Below, in pieces: positions 1-13,442 of a stretch of 64,000 nt of DNA. Numbering within the stretch: the first letter of the stretch is position 1; each line of letters begins with the position of its first letter. The position numbers and the translations under genes were made by a program. The stretch lies in contig OX597827.1 of the NCBI GenBank assembly GCA_951406725.2, positions 55,614,001 through 55,678,000 on the forward strand. Reading direction: 5' to 3'. The DNA is from Octopus vulgaris. Taxonomy: Eukaryota. A model generated the notes under the pieces. The model saw nothing but the letters and a program-made list of their open reading frames with translations, did no database searches and was not told where the DNA came from.

Positions 1-39
1 TCATCATGATCTGTCTGCTGTGTGGGATCTAAGGGCAAA

Positions 40-700
40 TTGTTGACCTGCAACCTTTCTCATGGACTTTGAAAAAGCTCTCCATAATCCATTTGTTTCT
101 GTATTTCTGCATTTAGAAGTACTTGGGTGTATTTTTTCACCACAGACAGTCTATTTGGTGGAAGATATGTGCACTTGGTGAGAGTAGGAGATACAACACT
201 GATGAAAGTTTTCAGTTTAAAATTAAGTGTTTTTGCGCTTCAGTATTTTTACCAACTGAAGATGACGTTAATGGATTTGAAGATTTGTCTGAAGATGAAA
301 GCATTCCTTCTGAGTTTATCACTTATTTTGAGAATTCATACATTGGGACTGTAAGAGGACGCAGCCTTCGTTGACGAAGAGAAATCCCAGTTCCCTATCC
401 AACTCTGGAATATACGTGACTGTGTTTTAAATGGCTTGCCAAGAGCAAATAATTCGGTAGAAGGGCTCCACAATGCTTTGTGGTCACCGATAATATCCAC
501 ACGCCCAAATTTGTGGTCACTTTGCAATGTCTTTAAGACTGAAGAAGGCTTAAGGCAGATGAAATGCACATATTCACATGGGGACCCGACAAAAAAAAAA
601 AAAGTCCTATCACATGATTGATGCTCAACTAAAGAAGCTAGTTGAGAATTATCAATCTGAAAATGCTCTGCAATTTAAAAAAAATATTGCACGCAATTTG
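40..700 (+). mobile_element. Degenerate Mutator/MULE transposase fragment
   Basis: Frameshifted MDFEKA...FFH..Q..W.KI..LG...FLP..DV..FE...YFENSYIG...LPRANNSVEGLHN motifs typical of MULE DDE transposases. Confidence 0.75.
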
Positions 701-889
701 CCATTAAAGAATTCTCTTCAAATATAATAAACTTTTTCCATAACTTTATTTCTATGTCCTCGCCATCATTTTTCTGTAAATATGTGAATAAAATGTGATC
801 TAAACTGTATTCATATTACCTATAATGAAATTTACCTACAACCAACATTGAACTCATTTTTCAGTTGGTGTAACTGAGCAATAGTATAT

Positions 890-1450
890 ATGAGGGTGGA
901 CTGAAAAATTCATTGACTGTGAAGGAGTGATGTTAGAGCTGTGAAATGTTGTATACATTAATAATTGCATTGTTTTTTTTTTCTTTTTCAGATAAACTAA
1001 CATCTGACTGTTCAAAGATTACCTAAGTAATTAATAGCAACTTCTTTTGAAATGGATAAAATTTGGCATCATGACGTTATCAAGTACCTGCAGGAAAAGG
1101 ATTTAGTCCTCAAGAACATTCATGTTGACATGGTTGCTTCATGAGGGGATAACGCTCCAGCTTGACCAACTGAGCATTAGTGGGCAGCTGAATTAAAGAG
1201 GGACAAGAGTGTCTCGAAGATGTCACCACTAAAAGGAAAACATTGATCGGGTTCACCACATGGTGACGGATGACAGGCAACTGACTATAAACCAAATAAC
1301 CAATGCTACTAGCATATCCTGTGAGAGAGTTGAAGATATTCTACATAATGAACTTGGCATGACAAAGGTTTCTACTTGATGGGTACGTCTTCTGATATCT
1401 GATCAAAAGTACACCAGGCTGATCATATCACAGGAAAATCCGACATTTTA
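890..1450 (+). mobile_element. Mariner (Mos1/SETMAR-like HTH region) transposase remnant
   Basis: MDKIWHHDVIKYL...ILHNELGMTKVS.WV...L..DQK; same family as 44056-44790. Confidence 0.75.
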
Positions 1451-1807
1451 AAAAATAAATACTGTTTTATCAAGAGTCACTCCTTTAATCCATTAACTGC
1501 AACGGCCTGTTACTGTAACTTATTGGTCGTGCGCTATTGCTCTCGACATTTAATTACAAGGAAATCTAACTTTTTTTGCATTTTTACAATATTTCATAAT
1601 TAAACTTTAATATTTAGCACTAACGTTATTTAAATATCCTCAAAACCATGTCAGAGATACAGAATAAAATATTTTTTCAAATTATGAAAAATGTATCACT
1701 GGTGGTGCATATGGCAATTGTGAAATTCACAATAAACCACCAGTGGTACATGTGGTCGTTAACATTATAAAGAATAAGGAGAATATTAATATTTGCTTCT
1801 TACTTAC

Positions 1808-1936
1808 CCTTCGAGTTTTATTCACTACCATCATAGATGGTGTGATCGGCATTCGGGCTCCTCGTTTCTTTGGAGTCATAGCGGGTTTAGTACCAAATTT
1901 CATATCCGATTCCATCTGTAGGGCCCGTGATTTTTG
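1808..1936 (-). CDS. PRC1: PRC1 exon 10 (QKSRALQMESDMKFGTKPAMTPKKRGARMPITPSMMVVNKTRR)
   Basis: tctgcag acceptor, AGG|gtaagt donor, 129 nt; basic tail with TP (CDK-type) sites. Confidence 0.88.
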
Positions 1937-2467
1937 CTGCAGATAAGAGAATGCAAAGGTTTCATATATATCTCTTAGCTTCTAAGTACTTAATTTTATC
2001 AAGCCGGTACTTATTTTATCAGTCTCTTTTGCCAAATCAGGAAGTGTAATGAGTGCTTTTTAAGTGGCACCAGCAGTTTAAAAATTACCGTTCAGACAAA
2101 ACTAAATTCTTGTTAGAAAGCCATAGTTATTGAAATGTCTTCAGTATATCACTGATATTCATTTAATTGACTTAATAGGACTGAAAAATAAGCTGATCTG
2201 GGAAAAATTAAAACTAAGTATTTAATTGAACAAGATACCACGAATCATCTTGGCCATCCATAATTACTATAACATCCAAATTAAAGTAATTTTTAACATA
2301 AGTACAAGGCCAAAAATTGGTGAAAGGATTAGTCGATTAGATCAACCCCAGTACTTCACTGGTGCATTATCTGTTGACTTTGTATGGATGAAGAGCAAAA
2401 GTGACTTTTGTGGGATTTGAACTCAGACCAGTCCAACCCATGCCAGTATGGAAAATATATTAAAGGA

Positions 2468-2765
2468 TGGCACGTAAAAGCACCATCCGTTCGTGTCCGT
2501 TGCCAGCCTCGCCTGGCCCCCGTGCCGGTGACACGTAAAAGCACCATCCGTTCATGGCCGTTTGCCAGCTCTGTCTGGCACCTGTGCGGGTGGCACGTAA
2601 AAAGCACCCACTACACTCACGGAGTGGTTGGCGTTAGGAAGGGCATCCAGCCGTAGAAAACTGCCAGATCTGACTGGGCCTGACGAAGCCTTCCAGCTTC
2701 ACAGACCCCAGTTGAACCGTCCAACCCATGCTAGCATGGAAAGCGGACGCTAAATGATGATGATG
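2468..2765 (+). repeat. RTE-tail repeat family with internal GGCACGTAAAAAGCACC subrepeats and (GAT)n tail
   Basis: Copies at 12000-12400, 20289-20593, 19296-19620 (-), 39622-40015 (-) and 14640-14835. Confidence 0.75.
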
Positions 2766-2965
2766 ACAATAAAGGGGAAGAACAAATACAAGGCAATATA
2801 GTTGATTAAATCAACCCCAGTACTTCATTGGTGTTTTATTTTATTGACCTTATTGGGACAAGACAAAACTGACCTGGGTGGGATTTGAACTCAGACAAGG
2901 TGGCAGAACAAATACTGCAAAGCATTTTATCCAATGCTTTAATGAGCTTTTCACAAATGACATCT

Positions 2966-3352
2966 GACACCCATAAAATTATCAACCATCGCACAAACAA
3001 TAACTCTGAGCACCTCTTCAAACTCCACCCATCTAACACCCGTGGACATATTTACAAAGTAAGAAAACAGCACAGCTCCCATGACTTCAGGAAACATTTT
3101 TTCACGCTGAGAGTTGCTGAAGCGTGGAACAAACTGCCGGCATCGGTTGTTAGTTGTCGGAGCACTGCATCCTTCAAAACTTCCATGCTTCCTGAGATTC
3201 GCCAACACTACACTTGATTTTCTCCCCTCCATACACACACAAGCATGTTCACTTTCCAGACATTTCTACATTACTGCATGTACTTTATATGCACTTTCTG
3301 ACAAGTTGTGGTGCACCTGAGCCCTGTATACAATAATTTCATTATTATTATT
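2966..3352 (+). mobile_element. CR1-clade LINE 3' fragment
   Basis: NTRGHIYKV...RKHFFTLRVAEAWNKLPASVV...FK, then a (TTA)n tail. Confidence 0.8.
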
Positions 3353-3385
3353 ATTTATAAAAATGCATGTAATAACGATACTTAC

Positions 3386-3532
3386 TCGCTGTTCTTTTTC
3401 ACGCTCTCTCTCATCCTGAATGGTTTTGTAGCGCTGTGTAACATATTCTGAGAACTCCATTCCATAAATTGAGAATTTTAATTTTTGTTCTTCTTCCCAT
3501 TTATTGATCAATTCCTGGAGGTTAGCTTCTAG
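3386..3532 (-). CDS. PRC1: PRC1 exon 9 (LEANLQELINKWEEEQ...REKEQR)
   Basis: ttgcag acceptor, CGA|gtaagt donor, 147 nt; WExE...F motif. Confidence 0.93.
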
Positions 3533-5684
3533 CTGCAAAATTTGAAAAAGGAAAAAGATAATATAGTAAAACCAGAGTCAGACACAACTAGAATTTAGAA
3601 TTTTTAAACAGAATATTAAACATTCTATATTATAGGTCGACAGGTCTATAATAAATACACAATCCCACTACATGGCACCATTAGCACATAACTCCTACCA
3701 TAGCCTCGAGTAGACCAATATTTTCAGCCCATAGTGTGTGTGTGTGTGCTTATGGTGTGTATACATCTTTTTAATATCTATATATATATGCATTATCATC
3801 ATCATTTAATGTCCACCTTCCATACAGGCATGGGTTGATAGGAGCTGGCTAGGTAGAAGACTACCCCAGGTTATTGGGTCTGTTTTGGCAGGGATTTTAC
3901 AGCTGGATGCCCTTCCAAATGCCAACCACTTTACAGTGTGGACTAGATGCTTTTTACACAGCACTAGCACCAGCAGGGTCACCAAGTAACATGCAAGACA
4001 AGGAATTTTAAGAGGAGAGGGGTTCACAGAGGAAACGACAATGGACTGAGATGTCTGGTGATATGAGGTTCTAGAGAAGACCTATCCATGTCAGCGAAAC
4101 TGAATGCTAGGTGTGCTGTGCCCCACCCACAGGTAACAAACTTTTTACACACCCTACCCCAAGGAACCAAATTACATCTCTTCTAAACTGCATATTTTTC
4201 TTCCTCACATTTTCCAGGTATTAAGAAGGTGTGAGTAGGGAGTGGGGATTGCAATGACTAGTGAAAACCTGGGTATAAAAACAGGGTGAGGGGAAAGCAA
4301 TGATACAATATCTATATATTACATAAGAATATTGTTGACAGTCACTGTAGTTGGAGGGTAGTTTTATGTAGTTTTAATATAACTATCAGGAGTATAGATA
4401 CAAAGATGTGAAGAAAAATAAAAGGGTGGGGAAGAATAATGGCTTCAAACTTTGTCACAGGGCCAGGCAATTTTATGGAAAGGGATTAGTTGATTCATCA
4501 ACCCCAGTGCCCAACTGGTACTTTTGTTAATCTTGAAAAGATGAAAGGCAAAGTCAACCTTAACAGAATTTGAACTCAGAACACAATGAGCCAGTAGAAA
4601 TGCTGCCCAGCACATTAACAATTGCTAGTTTGCTGCCTTAAGGGAGTGGGGAAACTCCTACTATAGGCACAAAACCCCCATAGGTTTGAGAGAAAGGGCC
4701 AATAAATTACATTAATCCCAGCACTTGACAGGTATTTATTCCACTCACCCTGAAAGGATGAAAAGCAATGTTGCCATTGGCAGAATTTGAACTCAGAACC
4801 TAAAGTTGGATGAAATGCTAAGCAACTTATCCAGCATACTAATGATTCAGCCAGCTTGCTCCCTTAGAAAAGGGGTGGGGAGAAATAAGATTTACATGTA
4901 GACATAACTAAAATTAGATAACCCAATAAAGATTATATTCTATGGCAGGATGCCCTTCCAAATGCCAACTACTTTTTTGATTCCCTTTAATATTTAAACT
5001 GAAAACATCTGGCCCAAATATTCTACTTGTTTTATATTCCAACCAGCCAGATCCAGCCATTCACACCTACCCTACAATGTCATAGTAAAAACAATCATAT
5101 CAAAATCTTGAAGCTACAGAATAATGCATGATTAATTCAAAAGAATATGAATAAATAAGGATTACATTTAGCATAGTAATATGAGTGCTAAAGGGTTACA
5201 GCACCTTGCCTTTTAAAATTTTTTATTCAGGTAAGATGCTCTATTCTAGTGTGCTTGATGTTGAACTATGAAGCTGGATGTTTTGTTTCTGGGGAATAAA
5301 GACATCACTGATGCTCCTGCTTATGCCAATGTTAAGATGCACAGAGACATGCAGGCACACACACAGTATCTCTACAGTTTCCATCTACCAAATTTCACTC
5401 AAAAGGCATTGGTCAGCACAAAGCTTTTGTAGAAGACATTCACCTAAAGAGCAGTGAAACTGAACCAGAAACTGCATGATTTCAAACATAAAAATACACA
5501 CACACACAAAGAAACCAGATATGCTCAGAAAAAAATACAACACAAAAAGACATTATCCAAAATAAATAGATATGACTATAATTTTAAGTCAAATATTCAG
5601 TGCATAACAGCGTTTGACACAAGAACATACTAGTTTTATATATAACCCATGCTAGCATGGAAAGCGGACATTGAATAATACTCT

Positions 5685-6086
5685 TACTCTTTACTCTTTT
5701 ATTGTTTCAGTCATTTGACTGCGGCCATGCTGGAGCACTGCCTTTAGTCGAGCAACTCGAACCCGGGACTTATTCTTTGTAAGCCCAGTACTTATTCTAT
5801 CGGTTTCTTTTGCCAAACCACTAAGTGACGGGGGCATAAACACACCAGCATCGCTTGTCAAACAATGCTAGGGGGACAAACAGACACACAAACATATACA
5901 CACACATACATATACATATATACGACAGGCTTCTTTCAGTTTCCGTCTACCAAATCCACTCACAAGGCATTGGTCGGCACGGGGCTATAGCAGAAGACAC
6001 TTACCCAAGATGCCACGCAGTGGGACTGAACCCGGAACCATGTGGTTGGTAAACAAGCTACTTACCACACAGCCACTCCTGCGCCT
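5685..6086 (-). mobile_element. tRNA-derived SINE with internal (CA/TA)n; multi-copy family
   Basis: Head AGGCGCAGGAGTGGCTGTGTGGTAAG...GGTTCAGTCCC then (C/T)CTTGGG(C/T)AAG. Other copies near 12900-13275, 21385-21705, 32600-32825, 35575-35902 and 55259-55673. Confidence 0.8.
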
Positions 6087-8650
6087 AATGATGATATATA
6101 ACAAAAAACAAAAAAAAAACAAACTCAAAATGCTCAGTATATGTGATAAAAATTATTGCAATAATTGCATGAAAAGTTGAAAAGGTTTTGCTCCCTTCAG
6201 CCTATTATGATCATAAAGCTCCTTATTTGTTGACCCAACATCTGAGTGTTTGGCTGTGTGCCAATGAAATGGCATAACTCTTAGCTGATTAACTATAGTG
6301 GGAGTGAGAGAGATGTTTGGAGTAATAGTTACTGACATCTGATAACAACTAACAGCTGTAAATGAATAAATTATTCAAGAATTAATTACATGTGACTGGG
6401 TCAATATAGATTTTTCACAATATTGCCATCCCAATGGATGATCTATGCACATATGTGCATGCATATATAGACACACACAGAAAAGCAGTTCATTGATAAA
6501 TATATTTCTAGTGATATAGAGCATAATATTTCACATCCATTAGCAACATTTTCTGAATATTTGTACACACTCTTTCTACATACTCATGAAATTTATCCAT
6601 TCTATTTACATTGTCCTCTAAACATTAAAAAGACGGTTACTGTAGCAGTCATCTGTTTTACTGCATTGTTTTACTAAAGGCTTTTAAGGTACTTTGTTAT
6701 CATAAAATTAGACCTGGAGCACACTACCCTATTTTATTATTCTTATTTGTGATCTTAAGATTGTGGAAAGCAATAAAATGTGAAAACAGTAACAATCTAC
6801 TTATAACAATCATTTTGTGGATATATTTCTAATGAGTAGACTGTCTGTGTTTCACTTAATTTTCAAAATAGTCAAGATTCTGGAGAGAGTTTCATAAAAT
6901 ATCTTAACATATCAGTAGTTGTAGCTTAGTCCCAGGAAAACCACAATGATGTAGCTGATGAAAGATTCTGACAGTGTCTTTTTAGGAGTATGTAGGGACA
7001 ACATTATTAGAGCTGTGTTCTTATATAAGACAGTTGAGTGTATCTGAGAGAAAGGTTTGGCTGCTATTTCTAGCAGGTCTAAGCAGTAATTTGTAGATTT
7101 CCAGTATATTACTCAAGAGCCAACCAACTGAAATTTTTTTTTTTTTTTGAATTGCTTAGCAATAAAGTAAAGGTATTTCATATCACTCTTTCCAGAGCAT
7201 CCAAGACCAATACGAAGAAATTGTCAGTTCAAAGAACTGTTCTGATTGCTTGTAAACAGGGAGGATACCATTAAAAGGTTAATAAAGGACCAGGTGACAG
7301 TGTGAAATAGGGTGAGAGATAAAGCTTACCACCCAAAAACAGTTTCCATCTGTGAAATTCTTATCAGAAGGCTTTTGGTCACCCTGTGGGAATTAAGCTG
7401 AAACAATGCAGTTTCAAAACAGCACTTCTTAACCACACAGTCACCTACACCCATACTATCTTTTACACAGGAATTGAATTTTTATCAATATTCTAATAAA
7501 ATACAAGCACTTCAGAATGGGCAGACTTATGTGTCCTTCTGCCATTGTCAGTTACGACAAAGGTTCTGATCTGATCAATGTAACAGCCAGCTTGTGAAAT
7601 TAATGTGCAAGTGGCTGAGCACTCCACAGATGTGTATTCATAAAGTAGTACTCAGGGAGATTCAGCACGACACAGAATATGAAAAGGCTGGCCATTTGAA
7701 TTACAGGTTCTACTCATTCCCCCCCCCTACACACACACACACATGGTTGGCTTCCCCAGTTTTTGTCAACTACATTCACTCACAAGACATTGATTGGCCT
7801 AGGGCTATAGTAGAATACACTTGCCTAAGGTGCCACACAGTGGAACTGAACCTGAAATTAAGTGGTTGCAAAGTGAGCTTCCTAACCATACACTCATGCA
7901 AGAGTTGGATGTATTACTATGGACGGAATCAATTTTTATTTTGGAATTAGTACCCTCCAAGACGAGTTCAGACCATATCTCCCTTGTGCGATCTAGTTTT
8001 GGCAGGTTTACTTTGGCTGAAAAGGTTTCCAATCATAAATCACTTTACAGACTGTAATGGTACATTTTATTGTGGCCCCAGCATAAAACAAAGTAAATTA
8101 TTTTAACTTTGGCCCAATATATTATACTAGACTACCAATTACCAGTTCAGGTTATAAACTGACAGTTCAGGTTATAAACCATTGAAGCTGATTTCAACAT
8201 TGCATTGAAATGAAAGTTAATTCTATTAAGACTCAAATATTTCAATTCATCATAATAGGTCTGGTTTGCAAGTTCATGTTTAAAGCATGTGATTCATGAT
8301 CTCCTGCTTGTCTCTTTCCCTCTGTTCCGCCAGACACTCAGCTCTCTGTTTCTGTTTAATCTCTCTTGTTTCTGTCTCTTTCTCTCTGTTCTGCCAGATG
8401 CTCAGTACTCTGAGCATCTGATTCATGAACATTTCGAAATAATTAAAATATTATCTGTTTAAAGAAAGCTTAATATAAATATTTACTTTACAAACAACTT
8501 GTATTTTTCAAATCATATTCATTTACAAATACTTTTGAATAATTAAAATATTGTCTGTTTAAAGAAAGCTTAAATATAAATACTCACTGTACAAACAATT
8601 TGTATTTTTTAGGGTTATGTTACTTTCGGAGTATTTTCCCATCAGTAGTA

Positions 8651-8778
8651 TTAGGTTGGTGCATGTTTTTGTTAAATGTTCTTATTGCTTTTGTATATGT
8701 TTTTGTTAAATGTTCTTATTGCTTTTGTTGAATAAAATTTATTGAAAAAAAAGTCGCAATAACTATGCACCAACCTAA
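8651..8778. mobile_element. Mariner-derived MITE with TA target duplication
   Basis: TA|TTAGGTTGGTGCAT...ATGCACCAACCTAA|TA; internal tandem duplication. Confidence 0.8.
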
Positions 8779-8809
8779 TATATTGATATAAATATTAAAA
8801 AATGCTAAC

Positions 8810-8905
8810 CTTAGGCAACTCTTTGATAATTCTTTTGCGAGCTTTTTCCTCTTGAAGTAAAGCTCCACCCCGATTGTTAAAACGATTAGGATCAGTTGCC
8901 TTTTT
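8810..8905 (-). CDS. PRC1: PRC1 exon 8 ([32 protein letters not shown])
   Basis: Translated by hand; conserved microtubule-binding motif of MAP65/Ase1/PRC1. ttccag acceptor, AAG|gttagc donor, 96 nt. Confidence 0.96.
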
Positions 8906-9479
8906 CTGGAAAGGAAACAAAATTCAAATTAAATATCACTTATATGACAAATTTATTGAAAAGAAAAAGTATTTTAGAAATTATACTTACAACATAAGGA
9001 ATAGGACTGAGAAAATTAATGTAAAATTGGTTGGTAGTATGTAATAGTACAAATATAATTTTATGTCTTTTTTCTATGCTGACATGGGTTAGATGGATCC
9101 TTATAGTCTGCATCATCTTGAACATACAGCAACAAAGAAAAGCAGCCAACTTTGGTGTTGCATGTTTTAGGTGCTCCTAATATGCTGCTGGCACTAAGGT
9201 GTGTCACATTCTACCAGTACATTCTATTTTATGGAACTAACCTTTTATGCACATCTTAGAAGCTGACTTTAAATCTCTGCTACTCACTTTATAGTTTGGC
9301 ATTCAATCAACATTTTATGTCCATTTTTCTATATTGGCAGAGTCTAGATGTTTTTACTGATTCAGTCAGATGCTTGTTTCATCATCATCCATCTTAGCTG
9401 CCCCATATGAAACTGTGTACTTATTTTAAACCCAGAATACACATAATAACATTGAAACTGATGAACTTTTTTTCCTCAC

Positions 9480-9616
9480 CTCGAGAACAGTATACTCCTC
9501 AAGTATTTCTTCCCATTGCCTTACTTGACTGTAAAGATTCTTGTGTCGTTCATAAAAACCTTGAAGGTTATTAATTTCCGCTTCTAGAGCATCAGCAATC
9601 TCATCAGTGAAGACAC
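9480..9616 (-). CDS. PRC1: PRC1 exon 7 (VFTDEIADALEAEI...EYTVLE)
   Basis: Weaker caag acceptor, but phase 1 fits exon 6; GAG|gtgagg donor, 137 nt. Confidence 0.88.
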
Positions 9617-9674
9617 CTTGTATTAAAAAATAAAAAGTTTTAGCAAGGGAACATTTCAAACACACAGGGGTTAT

Positions 9675-9895
9675 TTAACCCTTTAGCATTCAGATTATTG
9701 TCAAATGTAATGTTTATTCATTCAGATAGTTTTTAATTAATCATGAATTAACTCAGCTTTGAGATCTCAATGTTGTGACCTAATTTTTTAATGACATTGT
9801 GGGATGTGTGTGAGTAGTTGGATCTGGCCAGTTTGAACATAAAAATGGTAGAATATTTGGACCTGGGGTAAGTAGTTTAAATACCAAAGGATTAA
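9675..9895 (+). mobile_element. piggyBac-like MITE family (TTAA|CCCTTTAGCATT...AATGCTAAAGGG|TTAA)
   Basis: Related copies or fragments near 4980-5200, 10600-10800, 16560-16690, 18850-18990, 19035-19245, 37660-37810 and 57181-57400. Confidence 0.65.
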
Positions 9896-10060
9896 AGTGA
9901 ATGTCAATAACTTATACATACAGTATTTCAGGTTACAGATGAAAGGAAATGGTCAAACTTTCTACATAGACCCAAGAAGGCATGGGACGAGGTGGTGAAG
10001 TATGATCTTTAGGTGGATGCTGAGTCTCACGAAGGAAATGACAAGTGACTAAAAACCTTA

Positions 10061-10290
10061 AGGCGGCGAGCTGGCTGAAACGTCAGCATGGCGGGTGAAA
10101 TGCTTAGCAGTATTTCGTCTGCCGCTATGTTCTGAGTTCAAATTCCACCAAGGTCGACTTTGCCTTTCATCCTTTAGGGGTCAATTAAATAAGTACCAGT
10201 TACGCACTGAGGTTGATATAATCGACTTAATCCGTTTGTCCTTTTTTTTTTGTCCCTTCTGTGTGTAGCCCCTTGTGGGTAAAGAAATAA
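10061..10290 (+). mobile_element. tRNA-derived SINE family with GTCGACTTTGCCTTTCATCCTTT core
   Basis: GTTCTGAGTTCAAATTCC B-box-like motif. Many decayed copies, e.g. 4450-4860, 13700-13890, 18130-18270, 27435-27680, 35075-35280, 42720-42890, 57645-57855, 63420-63625 and 63880-64000. Confidence 0.7.
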
Positions 10291-10957
10291 ATGACTGAAA
10301 CCTTTGGTGATTTGCTGTGCTTGAGAAGAACATGTCAAGCCAAATAAAATCATAGTTGGGCCAGTGACATGTAAATGGCACTACACACTCTGGGGTGGTT
10401 GGCTTTAGTGGTTGGAGCCTTGTGCAGATCTCTAGCTTACCAGTTCCAGTCAAACCATATAACCCATGCTAGCATGGAAGTGATGATGAGTATGGAGATT
10501 TACTTAAAAAGTGAGTTGCAGTTGGCAATGTTAACCAAAGTGACCAATAGACCAGACAGTATTTCATATCACAATAACAGTGCCGCTTTAAAATTAATGC
10601 ATTCAGATTATTCTGTCAAATGCAATGCTTGTTTCTTTACACTGTTTTGTATTAATCCTGCATTATCTCGTAGCTTTGAGATTTCAATGATGTGATTGTA
10701 TATTTCTTGAATCATATTGTTGGGTTGGTGTATGAGCCTGAATCTGGCTGGTTTCAATAGAAAACTGAATATTTGGACTGGATATGGCTGGTTTAAGACA
10801 GTTCTTAACAGACCACAACAACCCTGTGTGAGAATAGATAACCTTATGAAAGCATTCATTAATGCACTAGCCAGATGAAGATTAAGCACCACAGGAACAT
10901 TCCTGTTGAGAGTAACATCAAGGATAAAGCCAAATAAGGTGTGAATTATTGAAATAC

Positions 10958-11108
10958 CTTCAGTTTTGAAAGCAGAACATTCATCCTGCAATTCGGTTGG
11001 AGTGAAGCAAACTTTCCACCAACGCTCTAACTCTCGCTTCATGCTCGTCACAACCTTTTCCATCTGAGTGTGTTTCAGAGCCTCCAAACGAAGAATTTCT
11101 TCATTTAC
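10958..11108 (-). CDS. PRC1: PRC1 exon 6 (VNEEILRLEALK...RELERWWKVCF...AFKTE+G)
   Basis: ttgcag acceptor, G|gtattt donor, 151 nt; ExxRLxxLK and WxxCF motifs. Confidence 0.92.
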
Positions 11109-13292
11109 CTGCAAAACAAAAATAAATCAAATATTATTAGTTTACATGCCAGAATTAAATAAAGACATAATTGTTTCTACAAATCACTGCCACCAACAAT
11201 AAAATGGTGTTAATGAAAAAAAAAACCACTAAGAGGTCACATGACCTGCCATGTATATCATCATCATCATCATCCTTTAACACCCGCTTTCCAATCTAGC
11301 ATGTGTTGGACGATTTTGACTGAGGGCTGGCATACCAGATGGTTGCACCAGGCTCCAATCTTGATTTGGCAGAGATTGGAGCCTGGTGCAACCATCTGGT
11401 TCGCCAGCCCTCATTACAGCAGTATCAGTGACAAGCAATGTTTAGGCATAAGTGAACTTTAGGTCAGTTAAAATGTGTGACATATTTCAACTTCTAAAGA
11501 CAAAATCACTACAGTTACTGTAGAGAAAAACTTCTCTCTTATCGTAAAAAGGTGTAAAAACACCATATCGGTCGAGTGCTGCCCCAAACACATTAAAGAA
11601 TGCACTGTAACTTAAAACTTTTGTAAAGATTTGAATGCAATTATGCATTCTTGAATGTATACTGTGTTTGGGACCCATGGCTGACCCAGGTCCTAAACAA
11701 AATGTCAAATAATAACAATTATCCCTTCGATTATTTTTATTAATGAAAAACATCAATAAGAAACTAAGCATTTCACTCTGTTGGAGTCTTAAATATCACC
11801 CAAGATTTAGAAATTTGAGGCAGATTCTCTATCGCTAGATCCTGTTACCAACCTTTATCTTACTTGCAAGCAAGGTAAACATTCCCATGGCCAGACATGT
11901 TCTCACAAAATATTGGAAATGAATGATAGATCTTGTATGACTGTGACACTCATTTGCAACTATCACACAATATCATGACAAGGAGACACAAACATACATC
12001 AAAATCAAAATCGATCAACATCAATGGAAATTGTAGCTGTGATACCAGTGCCGGTGGCATGTAAGAGAACCATCCGAACATGGCCGTTGCCAGCGCCGCC
12101 CCGACTGGCCTCCGTGCCGGTGGCACATAAAAAGCACCATCCGTGGCCGTTGCCAGCCTTGTCTGGCCTCCGTGCCGGTGGCACGTAAAAAGCACCATCT
12201 GATCATGGCCATTTGCCAGCCTCGTCTGGCACCTAAAAAGTACCCACTACACTCTTGGAGTGGTTGGCGTTAGGAAGGGCATCCAGCCGTAGAAACATTG
12301 CCAAATCAGACTGGGCCTGGTGCAGCCTTCTGGCTTCCCAGACTGCAGTTGAACCGTCCAACCCTTGCTAGCATGGAAAGCGGACGCTAAACAATGATGA
12401 TACATACACGACAGGTTTCTTTCAGTTTCTGTAGCAGAAAAGACTTGGCCACACAGCCACGGCTGCACCTTAATAGACAGAATTAAAGTATTTGCTCCCC
12501 TCTCCTCTTTCTTTCATCAAGTAGATGAAAGTATCAATAGATTATGGAGCCAAAAGAAACTGGATCAATCTAATTTGGCATCCTGGATTTCATTTTACTC
12601 AAAAGTATGAGCTTCAATTTGAGTGATCTCATGATTATATAATTTTGTAAATTATTCAGTCTATCAACAGTGTTGCCTTGAAGGTGGAAAGATAAACTGC
12701 CATTGTGATTTTCTTCAATCTCTAAGTCAGGAACCTTTCAAATCTAATTTTCAGTTTAACAGATTTATGAACACTAAAATATATTCCTTTCAAAAAGAAA
12801 GGAATGAGAGGGTGACTAAGAATAACAATAAAGTAAGAACAGTTAAAAATATAAATAATAAAAGTAAAAAAAAAAACAAAAACAAAAACAAAAAACTATC
12901 TTTTACTTGCAGTCATGCTAGGGCACAGTCTTGAAGAATCTTTAGTTGAATGAATCAACCCCAGTACTTTATTTTGAGGCCTGGCACTTATTCTATCAGT
13001 CTCTTGTTGAATGGCTAAGTTATGGGGATGTAAACACACAAACACCAGTGAACAAACAGTAGTTAGGGACAAAATCAGACACTAAGACACACAGACTTAT
13101 ACAAACAGTTATATATACAACGGGTTTCTTTCAGTTTCTGTCTACGAAATTCACTATCTAGGCATTGGTCAACCTGAGGCTAAGGTAGAGGAACCCTGCT
13201 CAAGGTGACATGTAGTGGAAGTGAACCCACAGCCATGTGGTTGGGAAGCAAGCTTCTTATCACAGTCACACTTGTATCTATGTAATACTTAC

Positions 13293-13442
13293 GGTTTTAA
13301 GATTTTCCTGTTTCAAAGATCCATGTTTTTCCCAAAATTCTTCGCGAGTTTCCCCAGGTGTTTCCAGACGTTGCCAAAGAACATGTAAACGATTCTTCAT
13401 CGCAAGTAGTTTCTCTTCTGCTTTAGCTTTGCGCTCAATGAC
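13293..13442 (-). CDS. PRC1: PRC1 exon 5 (VIERKAK...LHVLWQRLETP...ENLKT)
   Basis: tttcag acceptor, ACC|gtaagt donor, 150 nt; LWxRL motif. Confidence 0.92.

Noticed and set aside
10608-10957. Long C-terminal part of the 168-aa ORF
   Set aside because: Read-through into the intron and a MITE beyond the PRC1 exon 6 donor.
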